Positions 1 to 9,203 of a DNA stretch of 64,000 nucleotides are shown in pieces. This DNA comes from Candidatus Eiseniibacteriota bacterium (GTDB taxonomy: Bacteria; Eisenbacteria; RBG-16-71-46; JABDJR01): contig CAWANH010000028.1 in assembly GCA_963783375.1 (NCBI GenBank), positions 1,152,001-1,216,000 on the forward strand, given 5' to 3'. The position numbers and the translations under genes are program-made. Every line of letters begins with the position of its first letter. Within the stretch, counting starts at the first letter, position 1. Under the pieces are notes generated by a model. It was not told where the DNA came from. It saw nothing but the letters and a program-made list of their open reading frames with translations, and did not search any database.

Positions 1-877
1 CCAGGTACGTGACCCCGGCCGCGACCCGGAGGCTCTCGGCCCGGTAGGTTGCGGGGAGCGGGAGGACCGTCCCCAGCACCCGGCTCGCCGCCGCGGCCGT
101 GCGGAGCACCCCCGGACCCGCCCGGAGGCGCGGGGCGGGGATGCCGGTGATCCCCTCCGCCAGCGTGAAGGCCTCGATCAGGGTGTGGTGGGGGCCGGCC
201 AGAATGTAGCTCTCCCCCGGCGCTCCCTTCTCCATGGCCAGGAGGTGTCCGGTGACCGTGTCGTTCACGTGGCCCCAGCAGAGCGCGGTCCGCCGGGGGA
301 GGAGGGGGAGCCGGCGGCGAAGGTACTGGCGGAGCATGATTCCGACCTGGCTGGGATCGGCGGGCCCGTAGACCGCCCCCGGCATCACGATCCGGAGCGG
401 GAGCCCCTCACGGATCAGGGGTTCGGCCACCTCGAAATGGGCCTCCCACTTGGAGCGATCGTAGTCGCTCACCCACGGCCCACGGGGCCGGTAGCTCTCG
501 TCCATCACCCGGCCGCCGGTGTCGGAGAACACGGCCAGCGAGCTGGTGTAGACCACCCGGGGGATGCCAAGCTCGAGGGCCAGTGAGAGGACGTTTCGGG
601 TGCCGTCCACGTTGATGCGGCGGGCGGGGGAGGTGTCGCGGGCCCCGATCTTGTACCACCCGGCGAGGTGGAAGACCCCGTCCACCCCGTGCATGCCGGA
701 GCGCATGCTCTCGCGGTCGGTGACGTCACCCGGGGAGAGGACGGCTCCCTGGAGGGCCAGATCGGCGGCAAGGGACGGCGACCGGACCAGAGACACGACG
801 GCGTGCCCGTCGGTCAGAAGCCGGCGGGTGAGATGGCCGCCGATGAAACCGGTGCTGCCGGTCACGAAGTACTTCAC
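1..877 (-). CDS. NAD-dependent epimerase/dehydratase (extended SDR), 3' end outside window
   Basis: GTG at 877 with GGAGG upstream. Reads MKYFVTGSTGFIGGHL (TGxxGxxG Rossmann motif), with YDRSK (YxxxK) further in. No stop before the window edge, so it is absent from the ORF track. Confidence 0.85.
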   Translation of the reverse strand, partial: MKYFVTGSTGFIGGHLTRRLLTDGHAVVSLVRSPSLAADLALQGAVLSPGDVTDRESMRSGMHGVDGVFHLAGWYKIGARDTSPARRINVDGTRNVLSLALELGIPRVVYTSSLAVFSDTGGRVMDESYRPRGPWVSDYDRSKWEAHFEVAEPLIREGLPLRIVMPGAVYGPADPSQVGIMLRQYLRRRLPLLPRRTALCWGHVNDTVTGHLLAMEKGAPGESYILAGPHHTLIEAFTLAEGITGIPAPRLRAGPGVLRTAAAASRVLGTVLPLPATYRAESLRVAAGVTYL

Positions 878-1026
878 GGCCTGGGCCTCCTGGGGGAATA
901 GGGTGCCGAGTTGCCGCGCTTCCGGTCGCGTGGGGCCGGATGCCCCGACGCCCGCGTCCATCATGCGGCCGCGTCCCGGGATTCGGCAAGCCCCCAGGCT
1001 CCAGGTTTCGGGGGTTACGAGATAAG

Positions 1027-1055
1027 GGCCGCCCGGGAGGACTTCCCGGACGGCC
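1027..1055 (-). terminator. GC-rich hairpin downstream of the fasciclin gene (possible terminator)
   Basis: Inverted repeat GGCCGCCCGGGAGG-AC-TTCCCGGACGGCC, with only a weak U-tract. Confidence 0.3.
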
Positions 1056-1151
1056 GTGATGAGGGCGATTGATGGATTGTCTTGATCTGACTGATTTGAC
1101 CGGCGGTTCCATTCCCGGTAAAGCGCGGTTCAGCGCTCCCGGAAGGTCCGG

Positions 1152-1694
1152 CTAGTTCCCGGGGAGGAGCACGGTGTCGATCACGTGGATGATCCCGTTC
1201 TTGGCCATGATGTCGGTCTTCACCACGTTGACGTTGCCGTTCAGCTTCACCCCGTTCGAGGCGTCGATCGTGATCATCTGCCCGTTCAGGGTCTCGGCCT
1301 CGCTGAGCCCGACCACCGCGGATGCCGGCACCTCGCCCGCCACCACGTGGTAGAGGAGCACCTGGGTCAGCGCTGCCTTGTCGGCGAGAAGCGCCTCGAG
1401 GTCCGCCGCCGGGATCTTCGCGAAGGCCTCATCGGTGGGGGCGAAGACGGTGAACGGGCCGTCGGTGGTCAGGGTCTTCTGGAGGCCGGCGGCCTGGATG
1501 GCCTTGGTCAGGGTCTTGAAGCCGGCCTTTTGGGCCAGGGGGAAGATCGGAACCTTGCCCTCGGAACCCTGGTTCATCGCGGCCTCGGCATTTCCCCGGG
1601 CGTTTCCGGCGGTCGCGATGCCGATCCCGGTGCCGACGACGCTGGCGGCGATGAGCGCGCCCATGCTGATCGTGAAGAGCTGCTTGAATTTCAT
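1152..1694 (-). CDS. Secreted fasciclin (FAS1) domain protein
   Basis: ATG at 1694 with GGAGG RBS; signal peptide; FAS1 motifs GPFTVFAPTDEAF, LLYHVV and NGIIHVIDTVLLP. Confidence 0.92.
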   Translation of the reverse strand: MKFKQLFTISMGALIAASVVGTGIGIATAGNARGNAEAAMNQGSEGKVPIFPLAQKAGFKTLTKAIQAAGLQKTLTTDGPFTVFAPTDEAFAKIPAADLEALLADKAALTQVLLYHVVAGEVPASAVVGLSEAETLNGQMITIDASNGVKLNGNVNVVKTDIMAKNGIIHVIDTVLLPGN

Positions 1695-1881
1695 CGTTTC
1701 CTCCTGGTTGGTTCGCGATGGTTTGCTGCACGATTGCCGGTCCGCTTCAGACCGGGGCCGGGATTCCGCAGAGGTCGCGAGGGCCTCCACCCGAACCCGA
1801 CGAAGAGGAGAATAGCTGTTTGTCCGTGATTTGTACAACATAAAATCCAAACAAAAATGGTACAGGCTGGCTACTTCAGGC

Positions 1882-1906
1882 CAAGCTGTTTCCCTCAAAC
1901 GGGTTG
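1882..1906. promoter_or_regulatory. 25-bp dyad / IHF-like site
   Basis: CAAGCTGTTTCCCTCAAACGGGTTG is an imperfect inverted repeat with the same geometry as the sites at 16019, 31156, 38802 and 60482. Confidence 0.35.
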
Positions 1907-2098
1907 CGGGGCAGAAGATGTCTTCGCACCGGGGTCCCCGTCTGCGACCGGTCTTCGCGCCCGGCCGGGGATTCGGACCGCACGCCTCGAGGGACGCCTG
2001 CAAGGACTTGGTGCGCGCGGAGATGGAGGTCTATACTGTCGCGTCCGTAACCGGTCCTCCCACCCGGTGAAGAGGACAACCCTTCCGGAGAACACAGA

Positions 2099-2776
2099 AT
2101 GACCGCCGTCCTCCTCGCCGGCCTCCTGGCCGGGCTCGTCCACGTCGTATCCGGACCCGATCACCTGGCCGCCGTCGCCCCCCTGGCCGCCGAAGGGCGC
2201 GGCCGTCGCTGGGCCGCCGGGCTCTACTGGGGTCTGGGCCACACCGGCGGGGTCTGGGTGGTGGGGGCCCTCGCCTTCTTTCTCCGGGAGTTCATCCCGG
2301 TGGAGTTCCTCTCCCACTGGAGCGAGCGGCTGGTGGGGGTGGTGCTGGTGGGGATCGGCCTCTGGGGCTTTAGGCGGGCGTTCTCCCGGAGACTTCACGC
2401 TCACGAGCACGTGCACGCGGGGGAACGTCACCTCCACGTCCATCTCCACGGCGCGGAGACCGCCCATCCCGAGAATGCCCCGTCCGCCCACCGGCACACC
2501 CACGCCGCCCTGGCAGTGGGGGGGCTCCACGGCCTGGCCGGCACGTCTCACCTCCTCGGCGTCCTTCCCGCCCTGGCCCTTCCCACCCTGGCCGATTCCG
2601 CGGCCTACATCGGGGCCTTCGGCGCGGGGTCGATCGTGGCCATGACCCTCTTTTCCACGGTGGTGGGCACCCTGGCCGGCCGGTTCTCCCTGGGCGGGGG
2701 GCTCGCCTACCGGGGCCTGCTCGCCGCGCTTTCCGCGGCGGCGGTGGGGGTGGGGTTGGTTTGGCTCCTCGCCTGA
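2099..2776 (+). CDS. His-rich Ni/Co transporter-like membrane protein (UreH/SodT/NicO-like)
   Basis: HVVSGPDHLAAV, WGLGHT, His-rich loop HAHEHVHAGERHLHVHLH and GGLHGLAG; about 6 TM segments. Confidence 0.75.
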   Translation: MTAVLLAGLLAGLVHVVSGPDHLAAVAPLAAEGRGRRWAAGLYWGLGHTGGVWVVGALAFFLREFIPVEFLSHWSERLVGVVLVGIGLWGFRRAFSRRLHAHEHVHAGERHLHVHLHGAETAHPENAPSAHRHTHAALAVGGLHGLAGTSHLLGVLPALALPTLADSAAYIGAFGAGSIVAMTLFSTVVGTLAGRFSLGGGLAYRGLLAALSAAAVGVGLVWLLA

Positions 2777-2882
2777 TTCTCCTGTAGTCTAACCGTCGAC
2801 GCGGAGAGCGTCCGTCCCCCGGCGCCGCCCGTCCGCTTCCGCCCCGTGTTCGTCCAATCCCGATTCGTCCGGAGGATCGCCC

Positions 2883-4832
2883 GTGACCGAACCCGTATAC
2901 CCCGTCAAGCCCCACATCTCCGAGCGCGCCCACCTGAACAGCATGGAGGAGTACCAGCGGCTCTACCGCCTCTCCCTGGACAACCCGGAGTGGTTCTGGG
3001 CCGAGCAGGCCAAGCTTCTCACCTGGTACCACCAGTGGGACTGGGTGTTCGATGCGGACTACGACGAGGTGGACTTCAGCTGGTACTCGGGGGGGCGGCT
3101 GAACGCCTCGTTCAACTGCGTGGACCGTCACCTGAAGGACAAGGCGGAGCAGACCGCGATCATCTGGGCCCAGGACGAGGTGGGCGCCTACAAGCACATC
3201 ACCTACCGCGAGCTGAAGCACAACGTGGCCCGGGTGGCCAACGTGCTCCTGAGCCACGGGGTGAAGCGCGGGGACCGGGTGTGCATCTACATGCCCATGA
3301 TCCCGGAGCTGGCCTATTCCATGCTGGCCTGCGCGCGGATCGGGGCGGTGCACTCGGTGGTCTTCGCCGGGTTCAGCGCGGAGTCGCTCCGCGACCGGGT
3401 GGTGGATGCCCGCTGCAAGGTGGTGATGACCGCCAACGAGGGCCTCCGGGGCGGGAAGCGTATCCCCCTGAAGGCCATCGTGGACCGGGCGGTGGAGGGG
3501 ATGTCCACGGTGGAGACGGTCCTGGTGGCCCGCCGCACCGAGCGGGAGATCCCCATGCGGGCGGGCCGGGACTACTGGCTGGACGAGGAGATGCACCGCC
3601 AGCGCTCCACCTGTAGCAACGAGTGGATGGGGGCCGAGGACCCGCTCTTCATCCTCTACACCTCGGGGAGCACCGGCCGGCCCAAGGGGGTGCTTCACAC
3701 CACCGGCGGCTATCTGGTCTATGCCGCCCTGACCCACAAGCTCGTCTTCGACTACCACCCCGGCGACATCTACTTTTGCGCCGCGGACATCGGGTGGATC
3801 ACCGGTCACAGCTACATCATCTACGGCCCCCTGGCCAACGGCGCCACCACGGTCATGTTCGAATCCACGCCGGTCTACCCCGATCCGGGGCGCTACTGGC
3901 GAATCGTGGACGATCTCGGGGTGAACATCTTCTACACCGCCCCCACCGCGCTCCGGGCCATCGCCCAGGCCGGCGACGACTGGGTGAAGCGGTCCCGGCG
4001 CACCTCGCTCCGCATCCTCGGTTCGGTGGGGGAGCCCATCAACCCCGAGATCTGGAAGTGGTACCACGACGTGGTGGGGGAGAAGCGGTGCGCGGTGGTG
4101 GACACCTGGTGGCAGACCGAGACCGGGGGGATCCTCATCACCCCGCTTCCCGGGGTGACCCCGACCAAGCCCGGATCGGCCACCTTGCCGTTCTTCGGGG
4201 TGAAGCCGGTGATCGTCGACGCCGAGGGAAGGGTGCAGGAGGGGAACGGCGTCTCCGGCGCGCTCTGCCTCAGCACCCCCTGGCCGGGACAGGCCCGCAC
4301 CGTCCACGGCGACCATCACCGTTTCCGGGAGACCTATTTCACCACCTATCCCGGCTACTACTTCACCGGAGACGGCGCCCGCCGGGACGAAGACGGGTAC
4401 TACTGGATCACCGGGCGGATCGACGACGTCATCAACGTCTCCGGGCATCGCCTGGGGACGGCGGAAGTGGAGAGCGCTCTGGTGGCCCACGAAATGGTCG
4501 CCGAGGCCGCGGTGGTCGGGTTCCCGCACGCCATCAAGGGCACCGGGATCTACGCCTACGTGGTCCTCTCCAGCGAGTACGAGAGCGGGGACGGCGAGCA
4601 GATGGAGGGCGCCCTCAAGGAGCAGGTGCGCCACGCCATCGGACCCTTCGCCGCCCCCGACGTGATCCACATCGCCTCGGGACTTCCCAAGACCCGAAGC
4701 GGTAAGATCATGCGTCGCATCCTGCGGAAGATTGCCGCCTCGGAGTACGAAGGGCTGGGGGACATCACTACCCTGGCCGACCCGGACATCGTGGACCGGC
4801 TGATCGAAGAGCATCGCACCAAGGCGGGGTAG
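2883..4832 (+). CDS. acs: Acetate--CoA ligase (AMP-forming acetyl-CoA synthetase)
   Basis: [41 protein letters not shown] and [12 protein letters not shown]; 649 aa. Confidence 0.96.
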   Translation: MTEPVYPVKPHISERAHLNSMEEYQRLYRLSLDNPEWFWAEQAKLLTWYHQWDWVFDADYDEVDFSWYSGGRLNASFNCVDRHLKDKAEQTAIIWAQDEVGAYKHITYRELKHNVARVANVLLSHGVKRGDRVCIYMPMIPELAYSMLACARIGAVHSVVFAGFSAESLRDRVVDARCKVVMTANEGLRGGKRIPLKAIVDRAVEGMSTVETVLVARRTEREIPMRAGRDYWLDEEMHRQRSTCSNEWMGAEDPLFILYTSGSTGRPKGVLHTTGGYLVYAALTHKLVFDYHPGDIYFCAADIGWITGHSYIIYGPLANGATTVMFESTPVYPDPGRYWRIVDDLGVNIFYTAPTALRAIAQAGDDWVKRSRRTSLRILGSVGEPINPEIWKWYHDVVGEKRCAVVDTWWQTETGGILITPLPGVTPTKPGSATLPFFGVKPVIVDAEGRVQEGNGVSGALCLSTPWPGQARTVHGDHHRFRETYFTTYPGYYFTGDGARRDEDGYYWITGRIDDVINVSGHRLGTAEVESALVAHEMVAEAAVVGFPHAIKGTGIYAYVVLSSEYESGDGEQMEGALKEQVRHAIGPFAAPDVIHIASGLPKTRSGKIMRRILRKIAASEYEGLGDITTLADPDIVDRLIEEHRTKAG

Positions 4833-4892
4833 GCGTCGCGGCGTCTCTCGCCCGGTATACTCGACTCCCGCACCGAAGGCTTCCGGATTCCC

Positions 4893-5390
4893 ATGGCCAG
4901 GTCCTGCATCGTGCTGTTCATCATCGCTTCGGGATTCTGGGCCGCGGCCTGCGGGCGCTCTCCCAGCCGGCCTTGGTTGGCCCCGGTTCCGGTCCGGCCG
5001 GCCGCGGACGCCGTCCTCGACAACGGCCGGACCGACCTGACCGACGGGTTGACCTGGGCGTTCGCCTGGTCCGAGGTCCCGAACGCCGACCGCTACGAAC
5101 TCTATGTCCGAAACGCCGGCGCCTCGAACCCGGTGTTGGACGCCGACACCCTGACCGCCACCTCCTTCCGTTTTCAACGACTGGGCTATGTCTTCGGCCC
5201 CCACTGGCTCACCGGATGGTCCTTCAGGGTACGGGCGGAGGTGAACGGTTCGTGGGGCCCCTGGTCCGAGTCCCGGGAGTTCGAGGTGGAGCCTCAGAAC
5301 ACCGATCGGTCGCCCGGCGACATCCCCGTTCCCTCCCTCCCGGATCCCGGAGATCGATCGATCCCCGGCCGGGTTTGGACCGGGGGATGA
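4893..5390 (+). CDS. Hypothetical lipoprotein with FN3-like fold
   Basis: Lipobox-like WAAAC; W..V..A..YELYV...FRVRA....GPWS pattern typical of FN3 domains. Confidence 0.55.
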   Translation: MARSCIVLFIIASGFWAAACGRSPSRPWLAPVPVRPAADAVLDNGRTDLTDGLTWAFAWSEVPNADRYELYVRNAGASNPVLDADTLTATSFRFQRLGYVFGPHWLTGWSFRVRAEVNGSWGPWSESREFEVEPQNTDRSPGDIPVPSLPDPGDRSIPGRVWTGG

Positions 5391-5574
5391 AAGGCGGCGT
5401 CCGGACCCGTCGGGCGGCCGCCTTGCCGGGGCTCATCCGGAGACGGTAAAGTCACGGGTGCCCCTTGATTCCGGAACGCAGGCCCCTCGCATCCGGTCCT
5501 CGCGTTGTGACGGCGAATCATCATCACGCTCGGGCATGCTTCGTTCAGCGCTCGGCCGGGCGGGGAGTGGAATC

Positions 5575-6914
5575 ATGACCGCCAGGATCGACCCATCGCT
5601 CTCATCCTCGTCCAGGACCGCTGAACCGACCCTCGTCGAGCGTTTTCGCGAGGTGCGGGCGCGGACCGAGGCCCTCTGCCGGCCGCTGGCCGTCGAGGAC
5701 TACGTGGTGCAGTCGATGCCCGAGGCCAGCCCGGCCAAGTGGCACCTGGCCCACACGAGCTGGTTCTTCGAGACCTTCGTGCTGGAACAGGGCGAGGATG
5801 GCTACAAGCCCTTCCAGCCGTTCTATCGCTACCTGTTCAACTCCTACTACAACACCGTGGGCCCCATGCACGAGCGGCCCCACCGGGGGCTCATCACCCG
5901 CCCCACCGTGGACGAGGTTCGCGCCTACCGTGAACACGTGGACCGTCACCTGATCGGATTCCTGGAGCGGGGCCATCCCGAGCGGGTGGCCGAGCTCCAT
6001 CCGGTGATCGTGGTGGGGCTCCATCACGAACAGCAGCATCAGGAACTGCTCCTCACCGATCTCAAGCACCTCTTCTCCATGAACCCGCTCCGTCCGGTCT
6101 ACCGGGAGACGCCTCCGGGAGACGCAGCTCCGGTCCCGGCACTGAAGTGGCTCGGCTTCGAGGAAGGTCTGCGCGAGATCGGGTTCACGGGATCCGGGTT
6201 CGCCTACGACAACGAGACCCCCCGACACCGGGAGTTCGTCCCCGCCTTCCGCATGGCCGACCGCCTGATCACCGCGGGGGAGTACCTCGAGTTCATGGAG
6301 GACGGCGGGTACGAGCGACCCGACCTGTGGCTCTCGGATGGGTGGGCGGTGGTGACCGACGAGGGCTGGCGGGCGCCCCTCTACTGGGAGCGGTCGGGGG
6401 ATCGCTGGCGCCAGTTCACCCTGGCCGGGCTCCGGGAGGTCCGCCCCGGGGAGCCGGTCTGCCACGTGAGCTACTACGAGGCCGACGCCTACGCGCGCTG
6501 GGCGGAGGCGCGCCTTCCGACCGAGGCGGAATGGGAGATCGCCGCGGATGGGGCGCCCATCCGGGGAAATTTCATCGAGTCCGACCACCTCCACCCCGCG
6601 CCGCTCGGCGACCGGGGGGAGCGGCGGTTCACGGTGCGACGGATCCCGCCGGATCTTCCGAACCGCCCGCGCCGGCCCAGCTCTTCGGGGACGCGTGGGA
6701 GTGGACCGAGAGCCCCTACTCGCCGTACCCCGGGTACCGGCCGCCCGCCGGAGCCCTCGGCGAGTACAACGGCAAGTTCATGATCAACCAGATGGTCCTA
6801 CGCGGGGGCTCCTGTTTCACCCCGGTCTCGCACATCCGGCCCACCTACCGGAACTTCTTCTCCCCCCGGACCCGCTGGCAGGTCTCGGGAATCCGGCTGG
6901 CCCGGGACGTCTAG
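5575..6914 (+). CDS. egtB: Ergothioneine sulfoxide synthase EgtB, interrupted by a frameshift near 6614-6619
   Basis: [21 protein letters not shown] and [13 protein letters not shown] (DinB 3-His iron site). The FGE-like domain continues in another frame as FGDAWEWT...GEYNGKFM...LRGGSC...YRNFF...SGIRLARD. One extra G in the G6 run restores the frame. Confidence 0.88.
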
Positions 6915-6924
6915 GAGCCGGGAC

Positions 6925-7692
6925 ATGTGGACGGCGGGGCCGGTGGGCGAACTCTGGGTCGAGGACGGGGGGAAGGGGGAACCGGCCCTGCTCTTCGTTC
7001 ACGGCCTGGCCGGAGAGAACGGCCACTGGGCCGCCCAGCTCGAGCGCTTCCGCCCCGGGCGGCGGGCGGTCGCCTTCGATCTCCGCGCTCACGGTCGCTC
7101 CGATCCCGATCCCCGGAACCGGTACGCCGTCGAGGAGTTCGCCGGCGACGTGGCCTCGGTGGCCGATCGGCTGGGCCTGGGCCGGTTCGTGCTGGTCGTA
7201 CACAGCTTTGCCGGCCACATCGCGGGCATCGTCGCCGAACGCCACCCCGACCGGCTGGCCGGTCTGGTGCTGGTAGACCCGATGAACGATCTCCGGGGGC
7301 TGCCGGACGACAAGGCCCAGGCGTTTCTCCACGGCTTCTCCCCCGAGACGTATTCCCGGACCATGCGGGAGCGGTTCGAGGGGTTGCTGGAAGGGGCGCG
7401 CCCCACGACCCGGGGCCGGGTGCTCCGCGGGGTGCGCACGCTTCCGCGGGAGGTGGCGTCCACGCTCTATCGTGAGGCGCTCGAGCACGACCCGGTCACC
7501 CCGCTCCGCCTCTCCAAGGCCCCGAAGCTCGCGGTGGTGTGCGAGGCGCGGGACGCCGATCCGCGCGCGCTCCACCGCCTGATGCCCGATCTCCCGGCCC
7601 GGGTGGTGGGCGGGACGAGCCACTGGATCATGCTGGACGATCCCGAGGGCCTGAACCGGATCCTGGCCGAGTTTCTGGGCGCGCTGCAGTAG
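6925..7692 (+). CDS. Alpha/beta fold hydrolase
   Basis: FVHGLAG, FDLRAHGRS, nucleophile elbow VHSFAG and C-terminal SHWIMLDDP. Confidence 0.85.
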   Translation: MWTAGPVGELWVEDGGKGEPALLFVHGLAGENGHWAAQLERFRPGRRAVAFDLRAHGRSDPDPRNRYAVEEFAGDVASVADRLGLGRFVLVVHSFAGHIAGIVAERHPDRLAGLVLVDPMNDLRGLPDDKAQAFLHGFSPETYSRTMRERFEGLLEGARPTTRGRVLRGVRTLPREVASTLYREALEHDPVTPLRLSKAPKLAVVCEARDADPRALHRLMPDLPARVVGGTSHWIMLDDPEGLNRILAEFLGALQ

Positions 7693-7771
7693 GGCGGCGC
7701 CCGGCGGCATCGTGTCGAACCCGGCGAGCCCCGGGTCCCGTCGCGGCCCCGGACGGCCTTGGGGAACCCCC

Positions 7772-8929
7772 CTACCCGCTCACCCGGATCGAGCCGCTCC
7801 CGGTGTCCAGGGTCACCCCGGCCTCGCCGTCCCCGATCTTGAACTTGAGATCGTCGTGGGATGAGCGCCGGACCCCGTCGTCGGGGAAGTCCACCCGGAT
7901 CCCGCCGCTCCCCGCGGAGGCGTCCACGGTGGCCGAGGCATCCTTGGGCACCCGGAGGTCGATGGAGCCGCTCCCGGTGTCGAGGACGAACCTGCCGTTC
8001 CCCATGTGGGTGAGGTCCAGGGTGATGCTCCCGCTCCCGGTGTCGAGCTTGGCCGCCTCGGTGGAGATGCCGGTGGCGTCGATGGAGCCGCTTCCGGTGT
8101 CCACGTACAGGTAATCGCAGGTGGCGTCGCGGAGGGTGACGCGACCGGAGCCGGTGTCGGCGGAGATCCGGTCCCCCCGGCAGCCGGTCAAGTCCACGTG
8201 GCCGCTCCCGGTATCCACCAGGAGCTCGCCCGAGACGCCCTCGGCGGTGACGGAGCCGCTCCCGGTGTCCAGGTCGACGCTTCCTTCCACGTCCTTCACC
8301 GTCACCGAACCGCTTCCGGTATCGACGATCAGATCACCGTGGATCGAGGACGCGTTCACGCGACCCACGTGGGTGTCCAGGTTGAGCTTCCCCTTCACGT
8401 TCCGTGCGGTCACCGCTCCCGCCCCGTGACGGAGCACCAGCTCCTTCCCCTCCGGCACCTTCACCGTGATGTCGGCCCAGATCTCGAGACCGTGGCCGTC
8501 CCCCGAGACCTCGATCTGCTTTCCCGCGATCGCCCCGAAGACCTGCTTCAACCACGACTCGTCCTCTCCGCTGCTGCTCATCCGAAAGGTGGATCGGGAC
8601 CGGCGCCCCATCTCGGGGTAGACGTAGCGGGTGCTCTCCTCGAGGGGAAAGCGCACCAGAAGCGACGCGGTCCCCCCCTCGTGGGTCTCGATCTTCACCC
8701 GCTCCCGGGTGGCGTCGTCCCCGCGGACCGCGACGTCCACGCTGAAGGTGCTGGAGTTCCCGCCCTCGATCCGGACCGCCCCGATCAGGTTGGTGATCTC
8801 GAGCTTGGAGCCTTCGAGGGTCGCGTGCTCGTCGAACCCCGCCCAGGCCGGCCGGGGGACGGACATCAGGGTCGAAACCGCCAGAACGGCAAGCGGCACA
8901 ATGAAATGAAGACGGTTTAAACGCGACAT
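7772..8929 (-). CDS. Secreted DUF4097-type beta-strand repeat (adhesin-like) protein
   Basis: ATG at 8929 with GGAGAGG RBS; signal peptide; about 8 xDTGSGx repeats. Confidence 0.8.
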   Translation of the reverse strand: MSRLNRLHFIVPLAVLAVSTLMSVPRPAWAGFDEHATLEGSKLEITNLIGAVRIEGGNSSTFSVDVAVRGDDATRERVKIETHEGGTASLLVRFPLEESTRYVYPEMGRRSRSTFRMSSSGEDESWLKQVFGAIAGKQIEVSGDGHGLEIWADITVKVPEGKELVLRHGAGAVTARNVKGKLNLDTHVGRVNASSIHGDLIVDTGSGSVTVKDVEGSVDLDTGSGSVTAEGVSGELLVDTGSGHVDLTGCRGDRISADTGSGRVTLRDATCDYLYVDTGSGSIDATGISTEAAKLDTGSGSITLDLTHMGNGRFVLDTGSGSIDLRVPKDASATVDASAGSGGIRVDFPDDGVRRSSHDDLKFKIGDGEAGVTLDTGSGSIRVSG

Positions 8930-8994
8930 GACACCTCTCCCGGGGTTGGGGCTCACGGTTGCCGCCCGAGGGGTGGGCGGCGACTCCCATGGTG

Positions 8995-9022
8995 AGACGC
9001 CGGGGGGCGCCCGATCGTTTAC
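8995..9022 (-). promoter_or_regulatory. Candidate ECF-sigma promoter (proximal)
   Basis: Minus strand GTAAAC-N17-CGTCT, the AAC/CGT pattern of ECF promoters. Confidence 0.4.
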
Positions 9023-9086
9023 ATCCCGATGGTGCGGGCGGGACGGGTCACGGCGGGCGACCCCTCCGGGTCCCTCCGCTCCCAAC

Positions 9087-9113
9087 TACGAGGCTCCGGC
9101 GCGGGGGGTTGCA
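9087..9113 (-). promoter_or_regulatory. Candidate ECF-sigma promoter (distal)
   Basis: Minus strand TGCAAC-N17-CGTA, close to the SigW-type TGAAAC-N16-CGTA. Confidence 0.4.
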
Positions 9114-9203
9114 GGGGAATCGGCCCGTCCGCGCCCGGGCCCACGCCGGCCGCACCGGGCCCGGGCCTCCCGCGGCGACTCCGCGACGCCGCGCCCCCCT
9201 CGC

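Noticed and set aside
2370-5204. Very long antisense and alternative-frame ORFs (e.g. 944 aa here, 1067 aa at 27736, 938 aa at 44907, 1097 aa at 57184)
   Set aside because: Shadow ORFs expected at high GC opposite genes with clear family motifs; their translations have no recognisable motifs.
7790-8322. Regularly spaced GAGCCGCTCCCGGTGTC-like repeats resembling a CRISPR array
   Set aside because: They encode the DTGSG peptide repeats of the DUF4097 protein, vary at synonymous positions, and no cas genes are present.
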